From the NCBI GenBank assembly GCA_025060195.1, contig JANXCQ010000001.1, positions 14,664 to 78,663 of the forward strand: 64,000 nucleotides of DNA, given 5' to 3'. A program made the position numbers and the translations under genes. Source of the stretch: Gemmatales bacterium. Its GTDB lineage: Bacteria; Planctomycetota; Planctomycetia; Gemmatales; HRBIN36. The notes under the pieces are model-generated. The model made no database searches. It was not told the origin of the DNA and saw only the letters and a list, made by a program, of their open reading frames with translations. Positions within the stretch are counted from its first letter, which is position 1; each line of letters starts with the position of its first letter. This document shows positions 21,185 through 31,400 of this stretch, piece after piece.

Positions 21185-22407
21185 GCAGGATGTTTATTAC
21201 CTCCAGATAAGGGCTGTCCATTGACGTAGACCTGTCGCACGCGCAGTTCGTCATCCAATAGGATTAGGTCTGCGAGTTTTCCGGGTTCCAGGCTACCGAT
21301 TTGATCTTGGCAGCCGATGATGCGGGCAGGCGTTTGACTGGCCATGCGAATGACTTCCCAGACAGGTCGGCCTGTGAGTTGCCAGAAAGTGCGTACCATC
21401 CAGTCCATGCCGCGAACGCTAGAGGCTAATCCTTGCCCGTCGAGGGTCAATGCCACGCCATTAGTTACTTGGAACGGCTCACCATCTTGCAGAGGCCCGA
21501 ACACGTAACGTCCATCTGGCATGTCGAGGGCCCGATTGCAGTCCGTGACCAGGGCTAGGCGATCAACACCCTTGCACTTCCAGGCCAATGACAGCAAATC
21601 GGCTGAAAGGTGCACGCCGTCGGCGATGACTTCCGTGGTCAGTTCGTCGTGGAGTAGAGTGGCCTCTAACACGCCGCCGCGCATCGGCCAAGATTGATAA
21701 CGCCGTAACTTCGTTTTGTCGGACATAGCGCAAAACAGGTGATCCACGTGACGTGCGCCCCAACGAATGGCCTGGGCCACTTGTTCGGCCGTGGCTTGAG
21801 AGTGGCCGATGTTGAGCCGAATGCCCCGTTGCACGCATGCTTGGGCAAAGGCCTCGGCTCCTGGAAGTTCGGGAGCAAAGGAAGCGGTGACAATGACGTC
21901 GGCAAATTCCAGATACTCAGTAAACTCTTCTGGTCGCGGCGGGCGGAGCGGTGAAGCAGGATGGCAACCGCGTGCTTCCGAGGCAAAGTAAGGTCCGTAA
22001 AGGTGCACTCCTAGAATGCGGCAGCCTGTCAGTTCGGGGCGATTTTTTAGGCGGCGGCAGTGCTCGAGCACCGTCAGTATTTGCTCCTTCCAGGCCACGC
22101 ATGTCGTCACGAGCAAACTCGTGGTGCCATGGCGTGCGTGGGCGCGACATGCGGTGATAATAGCCGATTCGGTACCGTCCATGAAGTCGGCACCATCGCC
22201 TCCGTGCACGTGTAGGTCCACAAAACCAGGGGCCACATAGCCCTCTGCCCATTCGACGACTTCGTCAACATGGCGGGAGTTACCAACACCCTCCCCCACC
22301 GAGACTATGCGTTCACCGACAGTCAACACATGCCCCTCTTCCAGCAGGCCGTTAGCCACCACGATTCGACCGCGAAATAATCTTCTTGGGCCTTGCATAG
22401 AAAGCAT
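21181..22407 (-). CDS. nagA: N-acetylglucosamine-6-phosphate deacetylase-like amidohydrolase
   Basis: PGFVDLHVHGG.G.DF, HGTTS, FAPELPG, GHSQA, IADGVH, LVTD and GSLEPGKLADL. Some catalytic-site residues are atypical (see findings). Confidence 0.8.
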   Translation of the reverse strand: MLSMQGPRRLFRGRIVVANGLLEEGHVLTVGERIVSVGEGVGNSRHVDEVVEWAEGYVAPGFVDLHVHGGDGADFMDGTESAIITACRAHARHGTTSLLVTTCVAWKEQILTVLEHCRRLKNRPELTGCRILGVHLYGPYFASEARGCHPASPLRPPRPEEFTEYLEFADVIVTASFAPELPGAEAFAQACVQRGIRLNIGHSQATAEQVAQAIRWGARHVDHLFCAMSDKTKLRRYQSWPMRGGVLEATLLHDELTTEVIADGVHLSADLLSLAWKCKGVDRLALVTDCNRALDMPDGRYVFGPLQDGEPFQVTNGVALTLDGQGLASSVRGMDWMVRTFWQLTGRPVWEVIRMASQTPARIIGCQDQIGSLEPGKLADLILLDDELRVRQVYVNGQPLSGGNKHPA

Positions 22408-23110
22408 GGTAGCAATCAGGTCACAGTGAGGAAAGGCTCTACTTCAAATCCGTAGCTTAACATAATCCATCTAACCTTATCACGCTCCAATATTCCATGC
22501 AGACGAGCCTACGATCCCACAAGCCGAGCCAACCGTGGATATGGGTTTCATATGAACCAAGATTGGCATCGCTTTAGGCGTGAGGCAGTCCGATAAACAG
22601 TTTTACTTATGGCCCTAACATAAAGTGAGAGTGCCCTAAGAGGCTACCACTCTCACAAATTCGCTCGATGACCGGCAAAAGAGCAAGCGTGGTGGAAAAG
22701 TTATTCGACCCATGACGGGTAATTTACTGGCAACGCTCGATAGGTTTTATTGCCGCGGCTTGTAGGCGAAAAGTTCGCTCAGTCTTAATTTTGGCGATAA
22801 GCTCAGTCCAGCATGACTATAGTTCGCAAGGCTCTAACGACGGGCTCCGGGCAAAAGCTGCGAGGAGCCTTCCCCTGATACGGCTTAAATTACAAGGGGG
22901 CTGATGGAAACGATCAAACGCGAAAGCGACTGGTTCGGCAGGCGTTCGATAGCCATGCCCGTCAGAGGCGGGATAAAGAAAGGGGTGCTTTGCTGCACTT
23001 GGCTCTGGCCCTAGACCAGGAAGGGTAGCATTTGTTGTTTAAGAGCCATCGCAGGTGATAGGATACAATGGTCACGCTAAGTCCAAGTCGGACTGCAGCC
23101 AGGTGCGGCG

Positions 23111-26100
23111 ATGCCTAAAGAAACTGTGATACAGCTGTTGCATAAGCCCGAGTGGGAGGGAGTTTGGCCCCAGGTGTTAGGATATTTAAATTATTCCGCG
23201 GGTAAGCCCGACGTAAGGTTTCGTCGGCACATAAATATCTTGTATCAGGCGTTAGCCGAAGCGGGTTGTGCGGAACCTTGGCAAGCATTGCCTGAACTGT
23301 TACGAGAGGCCTTGGAACGCTTGCATCGGCAGGGCCAGCCAGGATTCCGCGAAATTGAGCAGGCGCAAGCGGTGTTAGAACTAGCCTTAGTGGAGTTACC
23401 GGCACGCTATCGCGATTTCCATCGAGATTTGTTAGCTCATTTGAGCGACGCTGAGTTGTGGCAGCCTTTCGTATTGGTGCGATTTTGCGAGGCGGTATTG
23501 GCAGAAGGCAGCCCATGGCAGGAAACTGAGCGGATTTTGACAGGGGCCCTCAAGCGGGTTAACGATTATGTAGGTTACCGACCTGTAGCGGTTTTAGAAA
23601 ACGGCCGGCGAGGCGAGCCCTACGCTCATGAATGGGTCTGTCCGATACCTGTTTACTTACGTGGCGTCGGGACAGCTTTTGGACCATACAAGTCTTTAGT
23701 GGAAAAAGCGTTGGAAATTTTACAGCAGACCGATCCCGACTTGCTGGAAGCAGTCGGCTGGGAGTTTGAGCGATTAGAGGAACTGGCCTGGGATCCGCGG
23801 GGCGAGGACTTTGCCCATCCTGCGCATCGCAAGCCTAATTATTTGTTCGGATTATGGGACGCTCATCGCCTGGATGAGCAAGGGCGTTACTGCCGATACG
23901 TGGTGCAACGCTTGACCCTCGACTTGTTACAGGCTTGGGTTACCCAACCAGACAATCGTGCCCAAGAAGAGAAACTGTTTGAGGCAGGACTCTTACTAGC
24001 GGCGACAATGCTCATGGGGACAGGGGTATGCGGGCGTTCGCCGACTTCGCCAGAGGCTCTCGCGCCATTAGCTCAGGTAGTACCCAAAGTGGCTGAGACG
24101 CGTGACACCTTTTACCGCTGGTGGCTGGACAGAATACCGGGGGAGTACGGCGAACGCTTGCGGAAAGAAGCACGTCGGCTGAAGCAGCCTTTCGGGGGCG
24201 TCCGCGTCCACTTGAACCAAACCTTAGCGCGTCGCCGAGCCTTCCAGCTTCAGAGGCGTCACTTAGCTTTGTTATGGGCGCAAATGGGCTATCCCGACGA
24301 AAGCCGACGTTTAGTCAGCGGCTTGCCTTCGGCTGCGGCACGTATGGTTACCGAGTTAGTTTGCCGACTGGCCACCGTGCACCGCCAAATTGAGTTCGGA
24401 CAGCTGGAGGAAGCAGCGAGCACTCTCCAAGAGGCCCATCAGTTGCTCCTGCGTGCCGTCGAATGTGGCGCCGTGGTCGACCCCTGGAATATCCTTGGAT
24501 TTCAAGCCCTCTTTCCCATATCGTCGGCCGCAGAAGATAGCGTACGGGATCAACGAGTGGACGATTTACTACGAATCGTTCAAGGGTTGTTACATCAGTA
24601 CAGCCGGCTCCGCGGCGAGGCCGCCTCCCGAGGTTTACGAGAGTTAGAACAGGCCGCGCGGCGAGATATGCGTCGTCTAGCAGAATGGTGGAACCAATTT
24701 GCCACCCATGAGGTAAGCGATGTTTTGCGCGTACACGCCCTGGAGGACTTGCGTTCTGCCGACCACGTCGTCAACGTTCTGGCTCAATGGCACGAGCGGG
24801 GTAATCAGCCCGCGGATTTACTATTCTGGAAACGGCACTTGCATCATTTCCGCACTGCCAAAGCTTTCGCCTTAGCAGTCCAGGCCTTACTCGAGAAGCA
24901 AGATTATCCCGCTAGTCTCGGATTACTTATGGCTTGGCTCAACCAAGCCTCGGAACCGCGCGGGGCGGACGAAGTTCCTGTTCCGCTGGAGGATGGTATC
25001 TATTCCTTTGCCAGCTTAGCGGTTAGGTGGGCAGTGGCGGTGGTTTCCAACTTCAGCCCCGAGGCTAATGCCCCGGCTTCCTCGACCGCTGCCGACGTCG
25101 CCAGCTCGACGACCACCTTTTCCTTTGGTTCCCCGGTCGTTTCAGGCGACCCCAAGGTGGCCATTCTCCGATGGCAGCAACTAAAAAAATTCCTGGATTA
25201 TCTAGAGGCGAATGCCGGCCAATTCGGAGAAGTGCCTCGGTTGCAACTGTCCCCGGCACAAAAAGGTCCTAGACAAGAAGACGTTTACGCCGCGGCATAC
25301 GAAGAAGTGGTTTACCGCGGAAGCACCGAAGATGACGTCGAAGGGAGCGTGGCCGATGTAGGCCCGGCACCTGGCGCTTTTCCCTTGGAGGCAGAAGCGG
25401 AACGTCTCGAACCTCACTTGCGCTTTTTGACCATGGAAGCCTCACTTTGGCAATTAGCGGGCCGGTTTGCCACACTCCATCGACTTCCAGACGTCAGCGA
25501 GGCCATCCATGCTTGGCAGCAACGAGCCGAGCAACGCATACAAGATATCCTGCAATTGCTTGACGAAGTCCATGCTCAGCCGATTGCCGAACCTTCCGCC
25601 GACCCAGATGCCGTCGCTGAATATGAACGCCGTCGGCAGATTCAGGAAGGACTGCTGCACCACATCTTAGTCGCAGCACAAGAAACTGTGCTGGCGCTCA
25701 GGTCGTTGCGGGCAGCGGTGGGTGAGTATCCCAGCGAGCCGGTTCCCGAGAACGTCCGCCAAGAGTGGCTCGCTGCCTCTCTGGAGCGCAGCTGCCTACG
25801 CATCGAGCCTCTGGTCGTGACAACGCACATGGAACAATGGTTGGCCCACATTAGCGATACGCCCTTACTCTACGTTCCTTTGGAAGCAGGGGGTACGCCA
25901 CGGGCTATTTTAGCGTCGCGTTCGCTCTTACTCACATTTCGAATGCTAGCGGAGAACCTGCCCCGGCTCGGTTTGCTTCGCGCCACGCATCGCTTGCTCA
26001 CGAACGCTATGGAACTGGAATCGCGGCCCGTGCCCGGGGCACGCAGGGTTACCGAATTTGATCGTCTGTTCCAAGCTGCATTCCAAGGTACAGTCCGCAC

Positions 26101-27112
26101 TGTGGTGCGTTCGGCGGCCGTGTGGTTTCCGCCCTTGCATTTGCCCGAAAACGTGGTGCGCCTGTTACAAGTCCTGGCCCAGCGCTTCGGCAAACTCTGG
26201 CAACAGCACAGTCAGTCGGTGCGCCTGTCCATTCTGGAAACCATTCAAGATCCCTCGGAGTGGCATGACCTATTGCGCTTCATTCGCCGTTACGGTCGCG
26301 AATTGTTCCATCCGAGGTTTCTCACCTTAGCCAATCTTCGCGGGATTTTACATCAAGGTGTCGGTCACTGGCTCGACGCGTTACGTCAGGAATCCTCTCA
26401 CCACGAACCCATTCTGCTTCTCGAAGAACTCGACCAACGCATCAGTCGTGCCCAGGCCGTCCGTTACTTGGAAATCATTTTGCAAGCCTTAGCCGATAAT
26501 TTCGAGGAATTCAAGGACTACAACGCGACTACAGCGCAGTCAGACTATGGCGAAAACCTTCACCTGCTGATGGAGTTTCTCCGGCTCAAAGTGGAATTTG
26601 AGCGCCTCAGTTGGCAATATCGTCCTCTCAGCCTGGCTCATGAAGTGTTAGTGCGTGAACGCAGCCTGCGCACAGCGAAGCTTTGGCGGCAATGGGTCGA
26701 ACAACTCACGCGCGACAAACTTGCCGAACTTCGCCAGCGCTTGGAAAACTTGGAACATCGTTACGGTCTGCGCCTTATGAGCGTCAGCGATCGAATTCGG
26801 GGAGGCTTATTGCAAGGTTTGCAAGAAGATTGTGCATGCGCATTGGTAGAACCTGCAATGCTCGAAGCCGCTAAGGACACCAGGGAAGCTGCCCATCACT
26901 TGCGAGAAGCCCTCGAACCGTTCCTGCAAAGTCCCACCGGCTCGGGACTGGATATGCCCAGCTGGCTCCGCCGACTTGAGGCAGAAGTGCGTCGGGTGTT
27001 AGCCGAACGTGCCCCATGGGTGGTCATGCCCCTGGAGCGACTTCCCGAAGCCCCGCAACAATTGCTCCGGTGGGAGCAAGTGCAAGATGAACTCCGACAC
27101 TTGCCTGAATAA
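23111..27112 (+). CDS. Large (1333 aa) mostly alpha-helical hypothetical protein, function unknown
   Basis: Uninterrupted 4-kb ORF with genome-typical composition. No enzymatic motif recognised. Confidence 0.8.
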   Translation: MPKETVIQLLHKPEWEGVWPQVLGYLNYSAGKPDVRFRRHINILYQALAEAGCAEPWQALPELLREALERLHRQGQPGFREIEQAQAVLELALVELPARYRDFHRDLLAHLSDAELWQPFVLVRFCEAVLAEGSPWQETERILTGALKRVNDYVGYRPVAVLENGRRGEPYAHEWVCPIPVYLRGVGTAFGPYKSLVEKALEILQQTDPDLLEAVGWEFERLEELAWDPRGEDFAHPAHRKPNYLFGLWDAHRLDEQGRYCRYVVQRLTLDLLQAWVTQPDNRAQEEKLFEAGLLLAATMLMGTGVCGRSPTSPEALAPLAQVVPKVAETRDTFYRWWLDRIPGEYGERLRKEARRLKQPFGGVRVHLNQTLARRRAFQLQRRHLALLWAQMGYPDESRRLVSGLPSAAARMVTELVCRLATVHRQIEFGQLEEAASTLQEAHQLLLRAVECGAVVDPWNILGFQALFPISSAAEDSVRDQRVDDLLRIVQGLLHQYSRLRGEAASRGLRELEQAARRDMRRLAEWWNQFATHEVSDVLRVHALEDLRSADHVVNVLAQWHERGNQPADLLFWKRHLHHFRTAKAFALAVQALLEKQDYPASLGLLMAWLNQASEPRGADEVPVPLEDGIYSFASLAVRWAVAVVSNFSPEANAPASSTAADVASSTTTFSFGSPVVSGDPKVAILRWQQLKKFLDYLEANAGQFGEVPRLQLSPAQKGPRQEDVYAAAYEEVVYRGSTEDDVEGSVADVGPAPGAFPLEAEAERLEPHLRFLTMEASLWQLAGRFATLHRLPDVSEAIHAWQQRAEQRIQDILQLLDEVHAQPIAEPSADPDAVAEYERRRQIQEGLLHHILVAAQETVLALRSLRAAVGEYPSEPVPENVRQEWLAASLERSCLRIEPLVVTTHMEQWLAHISDTPLLYVPLEAGGTPRAILASRSLLLTFRMLAENLPRLGLLRATHRLLTNAMELESRPVPGARRVTEFDRLFQAAFQGTVRTVVRSAAVWFPPLHLPENVVRLLQVLAQRFGKLWQQHSQSVRLSILETIQDPSEWHDLLRFIRRYGRELFHPRFLTLANLRGILHQGVGHWLDALRQESSHHEPILLLEELDQRISRAQAVRYLEIILQALADNFEEFKDYNATTAQSDYGENLHLLMEFLRLKVEFERLSWQYRPLSLAHEVLVRERSLRTAKLWRQWVEQLTRDKLAELRQRLENLEHRYGLRLMSVSDRIRGGLLQGLQEDCACALVEPAMLEAAKDTREAAHHLREALEPFLQSPTGSGLDMPSWLRRLEAEVRRVLAERAPWVVMPLERLPEAPQQLLRWEQVQDELRHLPE

Positions 27113-28465
27113 ATTGCTTCCCTTAGCTAAGCAAAGTCGGAAGATCGCGCACTTTCCGCCGAACATCCTGTTGACCATTTCTAATTTTCTAATCGCGATC
27201 GCTCGGATTCTCTAATATTACGCCGAGTCAGTAAACTTAGTTCCTTTGCTCCAGCTGGCAGGAGACCTCATCGTTCGCACGCTGAAAGGATGTGGCACTC
27301 ACCAAAGTCGCGACTCAGCTAACATTCCGGGTTAGTTTGGTATGTTCGCGAGCAACATCGGCAGTACAGAGAGTCGCCGCTGGTGCACTTTCCAGCAAAT
27401 TGGTGTATCGCTAGATGACAGGGGCGATAAAAGTAAGCCGCCAGTCAGGATTGCAAGTATCAACGACTAAGTCCAAAAATGATCGACTAATGAAGGTCGC
27501 TCGGGGAATAAGTAATCTCGGGAGCTAAAATCAGCCAAATCGGAATGAGCGGTGTGTCTCTCAACGCTGACCTCTAGCGCTGATATTCACGCTAATTTGC
27601 TTAATTTCTGACTTATTTATGACCAAGGGTTTGAGCATTAGCTCTGTTACAAGTGTCGCACTTGCATGCTTATAAGAAGTTAGCAAATATTCCCACCGAT
27701 AATTCCAGCGGAATCGTCCGAGAAGGCTAGCCACAACTTAGAGTTATGAAGAGGGGTTGGTGCATATATTTCCTACTAGAGAGAACGCTCTTGTGCCATC
27801 GGATCAAGTAATCAGGTTTGCCGGGGTGAGTTTCAATGGGTAGCTTCCATCATGCGGCCGGCCTAACATCACACATTAGGAGCTATACCCGCGCCTCCTA
27901 GTTTAGCATATTACCAGGAGTGCATGATTCGTCATAACCGGGAGCTACGCTTGGTTGCGAATCCATGGCCGAGTCATGCTTATCTTCGGACTGGCTTGGC
28001 ATCTGTCCATGAAACGTTAGGAGCAAATAGCGCGCTTGACACCGTAACGGCGGTAACTGCAACAACATTCATCTAAGCCGTGCGCATATCTAGCCCTTGA
28101 CTTAGATGGTAGAGGTAAAGCCCCTTGACAATTACTCGACCGTCAACTAACGTGTGTAGATAACTGCTAAATACCAAGGCATGATTGTGCGATTCGCTGA
28201 CCTGCGTGGGAGTGTATTAGAGCGAGCTGCACCTTACTCAGCTCAGTTGCCTAGCGCGCCATTCAGGCGGTTAGGGCATAAGCCTTAGCACCTCGCAGAT
28301 CATTAGCGTGTACTGCGCAGATGAGCGACCGTGGGGTAGGCCCGATTGAATCGAATCCTCGGCAGTCTGGAGCGTCATTAATGGCCGAGGTACCAGTTTC
28401 GGAGAGATAAGGTCAGCTGAACATCCTCACCGAGGTCAAGTGGAGCAAGTAAAGGAAGGCAAAGA

Positions 28466-31400
28466 TTACGGTAGCAGTTGTTGACCGAGGAATTGCTCCT
28501 CTTCTTCGGGGATGATGATGCGGGGCGTAATCATAATCATGAGCGAACGCGCCTCGCGGCCGTAGCCTACGTTGGTAAAGAGACGGTTGATATAGGGCAG
28601 TTTGCTAAGAATCGGAGGACCGAATTCAGTGCGTCCTTCTGAGAGCGTCTTGAACCCGCCCATCAGCACGGTACCGCCATCGGGCACCATCACCGTGGTT
28701 TGAACCGAGAGTACGGACGTAATGGGAAGTTGAATGAATAAGGTGATTTCCACTTGCGATAATGAGCCATCTGGGTTCACTACAGGGATGACAATCGGGA
28801 TAGGAAAGATGGGAATGTTTTGGGACAAGGCAGTGAAAGTGGGAGCTAAGCTAAGCCGCACGTAGCGCCGGTCGGAGTGCACGACAGCCTGTAAAAAGAG
28901 TTGCAATCCTGAGGAGAAGGGCGTGACCGTGGGTACCATGCTCACTTGGCCAAAGGGGCCGACGATCGGCGTGGCTCCCGTCACGAGGAATTGGAAATCT
29001 TGCACGGCGAGAAGCGCAGTCTGACCACTGAATAGCGTGATCTTGGGGGCTTGCATCACGTTGGTTCGAGTGTCCCCTTGGGCCGCTTCCATGAAGAGGT
29101 AAACTTCAATGTCGCTCAGATAGGCGAAGCCGAAGTCCAAACCACCGTTGTTGCCGACTGCGTTCGGGAAGTTGCCGAACGGCGGTATGCCGCGAGCAAA
29201 GCTCGAGGTCCGGAAGGGAATATCTAAGTCAGGGCTGAACGCGCCGCCCGGCGCTAGCCCAACCACCACTTTGTCCAAGTGGTCTGGCTCGTTAATCATC
29301 CCGGCTGGAGCAAAGGATTGAGCCACCACCGCTCGGTCAAAACGCGTTTCGTCGTCGTCCACTTGGAATTGGAAATCCACACCGATACGTTCGAAAAAGG
29401 CCTCGCTGAGGGTAATAAAGCGGACTTCGACGGTGACCTGCAATTCCTGTAACTCGCGGAGTCGCCGGAGCAGTTGATCGACCTGCTCCTGAATTTCTGG
29501 ATCAGCGCTGACCACTAGTTGCATGCCCAGTGGGTAGTAGTCAATGTGTCCCGGTCCGCCATTGACGTCCCAGCTTTTCGGCTCAATGGTTTCGTGAATC
29601 AGTCGAATCAGGGTTTGTTCCAGGCTGGTCTTAGGTGGCTCGACCCGCACTTGCGGCTGAGAAGAATTGTTGGCCAAGCTGGCTTGCCCAACCGGGGTGC
29701 CGCCGGGAATTGTCCAGGGCGCGGTCAAGGGAGGTTGCTGTGGCTGATTCATATTCTGAGCCAAGACGCTGAGAATGCTGGCCTGGTTGCCGCCAAGGTT
29801 GCCGAAGTCCTGGACTGGAAGGATCAAGTCAGCCACGGGGTACACTTTTTGCACCAACTTCCCGCGTTTGCCCTCTTCTGTGGTAACAATATAGACCCCA
29901 TCGCGGATGACCCAAGCTAAGCGAGCGTTATGTAGAATGAGGTTCAGGCAGGTACGAAGTGGACGGTTGTCTAAGCGGATGGTAATCGGTTGGTTGAGGG
30001 AGATGCCCGCCGCTTGCAGAGCAGGCTCATCGGCCACAATGTTGATTCCGTACATAGAACGGAGGTGATCCAATACTTCAGCTAGCGGCTTGTCCCGGAA
30101 GTCCAGGGAGACGGGTTGTTGCAGCCGTTGATATAAGTCGCGGTCCTCCGGGGTTTCCGGTCGGAGCGGTTCGATGGGTTTATTGCGGCGTCGGGTACGT
30201 TCCGACCAATCTTTTGGATATTGCAGGTCCGACTCCGGCGCGGCCGAGGCTTCATTGACTGCTTGCATGGCCAGTTCGAAGCCACGTTCCTTTTGCAGTT
30301 TGATACGTTCCTCATCGCTCAGGGCCCGAAGTGTGCGAGCACGGAATAATGCTGCTTCCGCGGCGGGGTTATCTGGATCCAGTTCCTTAGCTTTCAGGGC
30401 AACGATTTCCGCCTCCTTGTATTTCGCTTCCTTCAGATACTGTGCATACTGTTGCATTAGCTGAGCGACTTGGTCTTTCCGGTTGAGGTCGGCGAGAATT
30501 TCCCGTTGGCGCAGACTTGAGCCACGAAGCGAATCCTGACGGATGCGCTCGTAGGTCAGCTGTTCGCGGCTAGCTTCGAAAGTACGTAGCCGCTGCTCAA
30601 TTTGACGAATCATGGCCTGGACGGCTTCAGTCTGCAGTTCGGATTGCCGCAACTCCTGAGCGGCTTGGCGTAACGTTTCAATGGCCTTGTTCAAGTCGTT
30701 ATTCTGCGCAAAACGGTTGGCTTGGCGTTCGGCCTCCAGTTTGATGCGGCGCAAACGTTGAAGTTCGACCTCGCGCTGTTGCTGTACCTGATCCAGTAAG
30801 CTGTGAGTCTGAGATTGCTGAGAAAGGTTCGGCTTATTGGCCTCGGAAGAATCACTTGGAGTTGGAGTCGTCCTGGGAGTGGGCGGCAGCTGACCCGCTT
30901 GCACCAAGGCATGTGCTTGCATTTCCTTGCTGGCCAGGATTTCTTGCATGTGAGTGCGTTTGCGTTCGTCAAGCAGTTGAGGATTGATGCTCTGGAAATA
31001 GGCCGCGGCTTGGGCATATTCGCCACGACTATAGGCGCGCACACCCAATTCATAGAACCGATTAGCTTCGCGAATGGATTGGCGATACTGGGCTTCGTCG
31101 ATTTCCGCTAAAAGCTGACTGGCTTCGAGACGCAAATGATAATGTTGTTCATAAACCTGTCGTGCCAACTGCTGGGCGCGGAGTAACTCGCCAGCACGAA
31201 GTTGTTGACGAGCCTGCTCGATAAGACGCCGACCTGCATCGGTAGTCTCGGAGGCGACTGGGGCCTGGCCTTGGCGTAAGCGTTGGAGTTCTGCCAATTG
31301 CTGGTCTGTGGCTAAGGTATCGGCACGAAGTTCGAGTTGCAGTTCCCGGACGTAACGCAGGCATTGCTCGGCCTCGTCGAGTCGTCCGAGCTGCCGCCAA

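Noticed and set aside
27113..28465. RNase P RNA, tmRNA, SRP RNA or tRNA in the long gap
   Set aside because: I could not find their conserved motifs by eye on either strand.
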